This document shows, piece after piece, positions 61,307 through 64,000 of a DNA stretch of 64,000 nt. Position 1 is the first letter of the stretch. Every line of letters begins with the position of its first letter. Source of the stretch: an uncultured Acidobacteriota bacterium (GTDB taxonomy: Bacteria > Acidobacteriota > Thermoanaerobaculia > Gp7-AA8); assembly GCA_963793695.1 (NCBI GenBank), contig CAWCBB010000028.1, forward strand, positions 657 to 64,656. The letters run 5' to 3'. The position numbers and the translations under genes are program-made. The notes below the pieces were generated by a model, which was given only the letters and a program-made list of their open reading frames with translations, searched no databases and was not told the origin of the DNA.

Positions 61307-62265
61307 CTCGGCACGGGGATCTCGCCGATCAGCCTCAGGATGAAGCGCGCTTCGGGAGACGCCGCGCCGCGCGCCGCGCGCCTCTCGCGCAGCATGATTC
61401 GATGCGAGAGCACCGGCACCGCGAGCGTCTTCACGTCGTCGGGGATGACGAAGTCGCGCCCGCTCACCATCGCGAGCGCCTGGCAGGCCCGAAAGTACGT
61501 CAGCGCGCCGCGCGTCGAGACGCCGAGCTCCACCTCCGGATGTTTCCGGGTCGCGTGCACGATCGTCATCAGGTAATCGACGAGCGACTCGTTGACGTGG
61601 ACGAGCCCGACCTGCTCCTGGAGCTCCTCCAGATCCTCCGCCGACATGACCGGCCGCAGATTCTCGAGCGCGTCGTGCGCCCCTCCCATGCGGAGAAGCT
61701 CCTTCTCGTCGTTCGAGCTCGGATAGCCGATGGTGAGCTTCATGAGGAAGCGGTCGAGCTGGGACTCGGGGAGCGGGTACGTGCCGACGTGCTCGACCGG
61801 GTTCTGCGTCGCGATCACGAGAAACGGCGTCGGGAGCGGGAGCGCGTGCTTCTCGATCGTCACCGTCCCTTCGCTCATCGCCTCGAGGAGCGCGGACTGC
61901 GACTTCGGCGTGGCTCGGTTGATCTCGTCGGCGAGCAGGACGTTCGCGAAGACCGGGCCGCGGATGAACTCGAACTCGTGGCGCTCCTGATTGAAGATGC
62001 TGACTCCGACGATGTCGGAGGGGAGCAGATCGCTCGTGAACTGAATGCGCTGGAAGTCCAGGGAGACCGAGCGCGCGAGCGCGTGCGCGAGCGTCGTCTT
62101 GCCGACGCCCGGAACGTCTTCGAGCAGGATGTGCCCCCGCGCGAGCATCGCCGCGATCGCGAGCCGGATGATGTCCGACTTGCCGCGAATCACGCGCTCC
62201 ACGCTCGCCTGGAGATCGGCGATGCGGGAGAGCGAAACCGGGGTGAGCGCCTTTTCGACTGCCAT
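61303..62265 (-). CDS. MoxR-family AAA+ ATPase
   Basis: GVPGVGKTT (Walker A), LLADEINRATPKSQSALLEAM (Walker B/sensor) and VIATQNP. The start is the ATG at 62265 (MAVEKALTPV). Confidence 0.9.
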   Translation of the reverse strand: MAVEKALTPVSLSRIADLQASVERVIRGKSDIIRLAIAAMLARGHILLEDVPGVGKTTLAHALARSVSLDFQRIQFTSDLLPSDIVGVSIFNQERHEFEFIRGPVFANVLLADEINRATPKSQSALLEAMSEGTVTIEKHALPLPTPFLVIATQNPVEHVGTYPLPESQLDRFLMKLTIGYPSSNDEKELLRMGGAHDALENLRPVMSAEDLEELQEQVGLVHVNESLVDYLMTIVHATRKHPEVELGVSTRGALTYFRACQALAMVSGRDFVIPDDVKTLAVPVLSHRIMLRERRAARGAASPEARFILRLIGEIPVPR

Positions 62266-62306
62266 CGCTCCTTCTACGGCCCGGTCCCGCGCTCGGTTAC
62301 GCGGCC

Positions 62307-63989
62307 TCAGGCCTTCTTGTAATGCGGCCCCCCTCCTCCCTCCGGAGGAACCCAGGTAATCACCTGGTAGGGGTCCATGATGTCGCACGTCTTGCAGTGG
62401 AAGCAGTTCGTGAAGTTCAGGAACGGGACGCGCCCCCGCCCGTCTTCCGTCGGCCGCGGCTCGTAGACGTTCGCCGGGCAGAAGTGGAAGCACGGGTTGC
62501 CGTATTCGACCGTGCACCGCGTAATGCAGATCTCGGTGTCCGAGATCAGCAGGTGCGCCGGCTGGTTCTCCTCGTGGACCACGCCCCCGTAGTAGACGTC
62601 CGTCACCTTGTCAAAGAGATACTGGTTGTCGAACTTGGTCTTTTCCGGCGGATGCGGGTCCTCGCTCCCGAACCAGCGCTGGATCCGCTCCATCTGAGCG
62701 TACCCTTCGTGACCCTCGAGTCGATTGGCCATGCCGAAGCCGCGGCCGCCGGTGACCATTCCCAGCCCCGCATTGAGCATGCCAGCCAGATTTCCCCAGT
62801 GGAACGCCTGGTGGAAGTTGCGGTCTTTCCAGAGCTCATCCCTGGCCCAGGACTCCTCGAACTTCCGGTCGTAGGAGGCGAGCGTCGCCGCGGACGGATC
62901 GCCGCTCACGAGCGCGTCGAACGCCGCCTGGGCCGCCATCATCCCCGACTTGATGGCGAGATGGATCCCCTTGAGGCGAGCCCCGTTGAGATAGCCGCCC
63001 GAGTCGCCGACGATGAGGAATCCGTCGCCGTACATCTGCGGCATCGAGAAGTAGCCGCCCTCCGGAATCGCCTTCGCGCCCGCCTCGATCATGGTGCCGC
63101 CCTCGAGCAGGCCACGGACGACCGGGTGCGTCTTGAAGCGCTGGAACTCGTGATGCGGGTCGAGCGTCGGGTCCTTGTAATCGAGGCCGACGACGAGGCC
63201 GATGTCGACGATGTCGTCCTTCATTCCGTAGATGAAGCCGCCCCCGAACGTCTGCATGTCGAGGGGCCAACCCATCGTGTGGATGACGTCCCCGGCGGCG
63301 ATCCGGCCGGCGGGAACCTGCCAGAGCTCCTTCACGCCGACCGAGTAGACCTGCGGGTTCTTGCCGCGATAGAGATCGCGCTCGGCCGCGAGCTGCTTGG
63401 TGAGCGTTCCGCGCGGCCCTTCGGCGAGGATCGTGATCTTCGCCTTGATGTCGACCCCGGGCTCGTAGTTCGCTTTCGCGGCGCCGTTCTTGTCGATCCC
63501 CTTGTCCGCCGTCCGGACGCCCACGACGCGGCCGTCTTCGTAGAGGACGCGCGAGGCGGGGAACTCCGGAAAGATGTCGACGCCCTCCCCGGCGACGATG
63601 CCGCCGAGCCAGCGGGTGAGCTGGCTGAGCGAGACGACGTAGTTCCCGTGCTGCCGCATCATCGGCGGGACCCACGGCGAGTCGATCTTCTTCTTTTCGG
63701 TGAGGAAGAGGAGCCGATCCTTCCCCGCGGGAGCTTCGAGGGGGCAGCCGCGCTCGAGCCAGTCGGGCATCAGCTCGGCGATCCCGCGCGGGTCCATCAC
63801 GGCGCCGGAGATGCCGTGCGAGCCGATCTCCTCCCCTTTTTCGAGGAGGCCGATGGCCGTGCCCTCGAGCTTCGTCTCGCTCGTTTCGTCGTGGCGCCTG
63901 ATCAGCTGCGCGAGGTGATACGCGGCCGCGAGGCCCGCCGGTCCGCCGCCGACGATGACGACGTCCAGGTCGAGGATTTCGCGTTCCAC
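62307..63989 (-). CDS. Electron-transfer flavoprotein:ubiquinone oxidoreductase (ETF-QO)
   Basis: VVIVGGGPAGLAAA FAD motif and the C-terminal 4Fe-4S region CTVEYGNPCFHFCPANVY...NCFHCKTCD. 560 aa. Confidence 0.9.
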   Translation of the reverse strand: MEREILDLDVVIVGGGPAGLAAAYHLAQLIRRHDETSETKLEGTAIGLLEKGEEIGSHGISGAVMDPRGIAELMPDWLERGCPLEAPAGKDRLLFLTEKKKIDSPWVPPMMRQHGNYVVSLSQLTRWLGGIVAGEGVDIFPEFPASRVLYEDGRVVGVRTADKGIDKNGAAKANYEPGVDIKAKITILAEGPRGTLTKQLAAERDLYRGKNPQVYSVGVKELWQVPAGRIAAGDVIHTMGWPLDMQTFGGGFIYGMKDDIVDIGLVVGLDYKDPTLDPHHEFQRFKTHPVVRGLLEGGTMIEAGAKAIPEGGYFSMPQMYGDGFLIVGDSGGYLNGARLKGIHLAIKSGMMAAQAAFDALVSGDPSAATLASYDRKFEESWARDELWKDRNFHQAFHWGNLAGMLNAGLGMVTGGRGFGMANRLEGHEGYAQMERIQRWFGSEDPHPPEKTKFDNQYLFDKVTDVYYGGVVHEENQPAHLLISDTEICITRCTVEYGNPCFHFCPANVYEPRPTEDGRGRVPFLNFTNCFHCKTCDIMDPYQVITWVPPEGGGGPHYKKA

Positions 63990-64000
63990 GTCAGGCAGTT

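Noticed and set aside
1-64000. tRNA, rRNA, tmRNA, riboswitch or other known RNA genes.
   Set aside because: I saw no cloverleaf-like or rRNA-like sequence by eye. This is a weak negative, so tRNAscan-SE, Infernal and Rfam should be run.

Overview
High-GC bacterial chromosomal segment. Hand counts of a few 60-nt lines give about 70-73% GC. A TIGR03436-type VWA protein and an ECF sigma/Ser-Thr kinase pair suggest Acidobacteriota, which is an inference. I support about 55 protein genes:
- pilT, a receiver protein, and pyrC-pyrB-pyrR
- an M23 peptidase
- an ECF sigma / Ser-Thr kinase / lipoprotein module
- trxB, rnd and a PLP decarboxylase
- an ~11 kb glycosyltransferase (EPS/O-antigen type) cluster
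- dapF, a VWA protein and truA
- uppS-cdsA-dxr-rseP
- a REP-associated tyrosine transposase (RAYT)
- cinA, an ABC-F ATPase and pdxJ
- two epimerase paralogs
- a lower-GC block with wza-wzc-wzh export genes, a nucleotidyltransferase pair and a NusG/UpxY-like gene
- a DUF2339 gene, MoxR-DUF58-transglutaminase, and ETF-QO

I saw no rRNA, tRNA or CRISPR array by eye.

The most unusual content is non-coding. Almost every long spacer is filled by an imperfect palindrome whose two arms are tandem arrays of a 6-8 nt unit (16 loci). The unit differs between loci: TGCAGAT, AAATGCA, GGAGAAC, GAGTCGG, GTCTKGGN, GGGCRC and others. Several GC-rich REP/REPIN families lie between and inside these palindromes, including canonical GTAG+hairpin REPs. 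The RAYT gene is itself flanked by ~105-nt compound REPs. Many of these elements sit inside ORFs without breaking the frame, mostly in the surface-polysaccharide genes, in the manner of Rickettsia palindromic elements.

About 20 reading-frame disruptions affect otherwise conserved genes, some of them essential (trxB, dxr, cdsA). I read these mainly as assembly indels rather than gene decay. Coordinates of repeats and frameshift points are read by eye and may be off by 1-3 nt.
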